DNA of 64,000 nucleotides from Clostridia bacterium (GTDB lineage Bacteria; Bacillota; Clostridia; UBA1212; UBA1255): NCBI GenBank assembly GCA_017620915.1, contig JAFZSK010000083.1, positions 8,726 to 72,725 of the forward strand, read 5' to 3'. Shown piece by piece: positions 62,590 to 64,000 of this stretch (position 1 is its first letter; each line of letters starts with the position of its first letter). The notes under the pieces were generated by a model. It saw only the letters and a program-made list of their open reading frames with translations, ran no database searches and was not told where the DNA came from. The position numbers and the translations under genes were made by a program.

Positions 62590-64000
62590 ATGCCGCAAAT
62601 CACTCTTGGAAAACCACTTCACGAATTACCGGATGGTCTGTTCGGCCAGAATCTGGAGATCACGCGCCGGACGTCCTACGGCGGCCTTTCGGCGGAGCTG
62701 CTGATCAATCGCAAATTTTACGCGGTCGACGCCGAAAAGAACGCGCCGAAAGGGTGGCAGCTGAGCGGTGGGACAATTATCACAGACTGCAAAAACGAAA
62801 GCCTGTGCGGCAGCAATTTCGTGCGGCTCGAAGCGGGCGGAGAGCTGGCAATTGCGCAGCCGGTGTACTGTATGCCGGGGCGCAGCTATATTTTCCGCAT
62901 CTGGGCGGCCGCGGATCCGGCACAAACCGAGGCGGTGCTGGAGATTGACGTCGCCGGCTGCCGGCTGAGCGTTCAGCTGGACGAAATGCCGGTGCGGTGC
63001 GACGGGGACGGGTTGACGTTCGAGCTCGTTGCCGCCGGCGGGGGCGGAAACGAAGCAGGAACTGAAACCGAAGCCGGATCGCCGGTACGAATCAATTGCC
63101 GCCGGGGGAGTGCAAATGTGTACGAATTGTCCCTGATGCCCGCGGACAACTACCACGGCATGCGCACCGACGTGATCGCGCTTTTGCGTGAATTGAAGCC
63201 GTCGCACCTGCGTTTCCCGGGCGGCTGCTGCACCGACCACTTCGACTGGAAAGAGGGCCTGAAGCCCGCGAGCGAGCGGCGGCCGATCGACGGCAGCGCG
63301 AAGTGGTTCCTGTTCCGCGACACCTTCGACCAGGACACGTACGAGCTCGGCATCAACGAATTCATACTGTTGTGCCGCGCGGTCGGGGCGATACCTGAGT
63401 ATACGGTGCGGGTGGTGTTGTCCGAGCCCGCGGAGGCCGGCGAACTGGTGGAGTACTGCAACGGCGGTCCCGATACGCGCTGGGGAAGCGTGCGGGAGGC
63501 AATGGGCTTCGCGCCCTTCGACCTCAAACGCTGGTACATCGGCAATGAAGTCTACTATTTCGGCTACGAATACATGAACGACGGCGTCCTGGCCGCCAAA
63601 CGCTGCGACGAGTACGTGCGGGCAATGAAAGCCGTTGACCCGGACATCACGCTGATCGGCGGTGTCTGCGGCGATTTCCACCACGATCAGTGGGACCGGG
63701 ACATGTTCGCCGCGTCGCAGACGGTGTATGACGAGATCTCGTTCCACGGGTATTGCGGCACGGCGATCGACGACGAAAAGCAGGATATTGAGAGCCTGGC
63801 GCGCATTTCGAGCCTGTACCGCGGCGGCGACAACGCCCGCCTGGACTGGGTCAAAGCGAACATTTTCGCAGACTCCTGGGACAACACTTTCATCAATGTT
63901 GACGAATGGAACCTGACCTGGGGGCAATACGGCAGCACCCTCATGCTGCTGGCCGACGCGCTCACGTTGCATTATTTTATGCGGTCGTACGACCGGTACC
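62590..64000 (+). CDS. glycoside hydrolase, alpha-L-arabinofuranosidase-like (GH51-like), 3'-truncated by the window end
   Basis: RBS GGGAGG is 8 nt before ATG 62590, with an extended -10 TGATATAAT at 62548-56. LRFPGGCCTDHFDW and WYIGNEVY (GNE acid/base) match the GH51 pattern. The frame is open to the window edge and is not in the ORF track because no stop is reached. Confidence 0.65.
   Translation, partial: MPQITLGKPLHELPDGLFGQNLEITRRTSYGGLSAELLINRKFYAVDAEKNAPKGWQLSGGTIITDCKNESLCGSNFVRLEAGGELAIAQPVYCMPGRSYIFRIWAAADPAQTEAVLEIDVAGCRLSVQLDEMPVRCDGDGLTFELVAAGGGGNEAGTETEAGSPVRINCRRGSANVYELSLMPADNYHGMRTDVIALLRELKPSHLRFPGGCCTDHFDWKEGLKPASERRPIDGSAKWFLFRDTFDQDTYELGINEFILLCRAVGAIPEYTVRVVLSEPAEAGELVEYCNGGPDTRWGSVREAMGFAPFDLKRWYIGNEVYYFGYEYMNDGVLAAKRCDEYVRAMKAVDPDITLIGGVCGDFHHDQWDRDMFAASQTVYDEISFHGYCGTAIDDEKQDIESLARISSLYRGGDNARLDWVKANIFADSWDNTFINVDEWNLTWGQYGSTLMLLADALTLHYFMRSYDRY

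Noticed and set aside
62556-62948. 130-aa ORF at 62556-62948
   Set aside because: It is in a different frame from the GH51-like gene, which has RBS GGGAGG and a family-consistent translation, and it overlaps that gene's start. It is an artefact of the TTG alternative start.

Overview
This is a high-GC (~60%) Firmicutes/Clostridia-like chromosomal segment, with one AT-rich patch that looks horizontally acquired. No rRNA, tRNA, CRISPR array, transposase or integrase was found.

Main content, 5' to 3':
- **1–8.5 kb:** a co-directional metabolic cluster of a MmgE/PrpD enzyme, an unknown enzyme, an Ldh_2 dehydrogenase, a CitE/HpcH-like lyase, two paralogous ATP-grasp ligases and an APC permease.
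- **8.6–14.5 kb:** a GT2 glycosyltransferase, a heterodimeric ABC exporter pair and a URO-D-family protein.
- **15.0–20.1 kb:** an NT5C-like HAD nucleotidase with a DUF2974 hydrolase, a RelB/ParE toxin-antitoxin pair, the SRP RNA (ffs) and dnaX.
- **20.1–26.0 kb:** a second ABC exporter pair and an ECF sigma / anti-sigma pair.
- **26.1–33.3 kb:** an accessory block with a hyper-acidic small protein, a 786-aa triple-repeat protein, a BspA-type LRR protein and duplicated orphan proteins.
- **33.36–36.9 kb:** an AT-rich three-gene orphan island that includes an HExxH zincin-like protein.
- **37.1–40.3 kb:** an operon of a NadD-like adenylyltransferase fused to a bacterial-type PARG macrodomain, an unknown protein and a metallophosphoesterase, followed by a DUF2779 nuclease.
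- **42–64 kb:** housekeeping and scattered genes, including lipoproteins, a CPA antiporter, rubredoxin and rubrerythrin, GH43/GH29/GH51-like glycosidases, a U32 peptidase with a TrmR-like O-methyltransferase and mltG, typA, lgt, a TrmH-family methyltransferase and a DmpA-like peptidase.

Non-coding structure that stands out:
- Two AT-rich intergenic regions (14.7–14.94 kb and 56.69–56.88 kb) carry collinear arrays of three related ~84-bp repeat units in inverted orientation.
- A promoter, a 10-codon mini-ORF and three palindromic hairpins lie upstream of the gene at 47655.
- Intrinsic terminators are visible at 35.56 kb and 58.50 kb.
- A zinc-ribbon gene is frameshifted at a G5 homopolymer.

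Many long antisense ORFs in the six-frame track are GC-driven artefacts and were not called.
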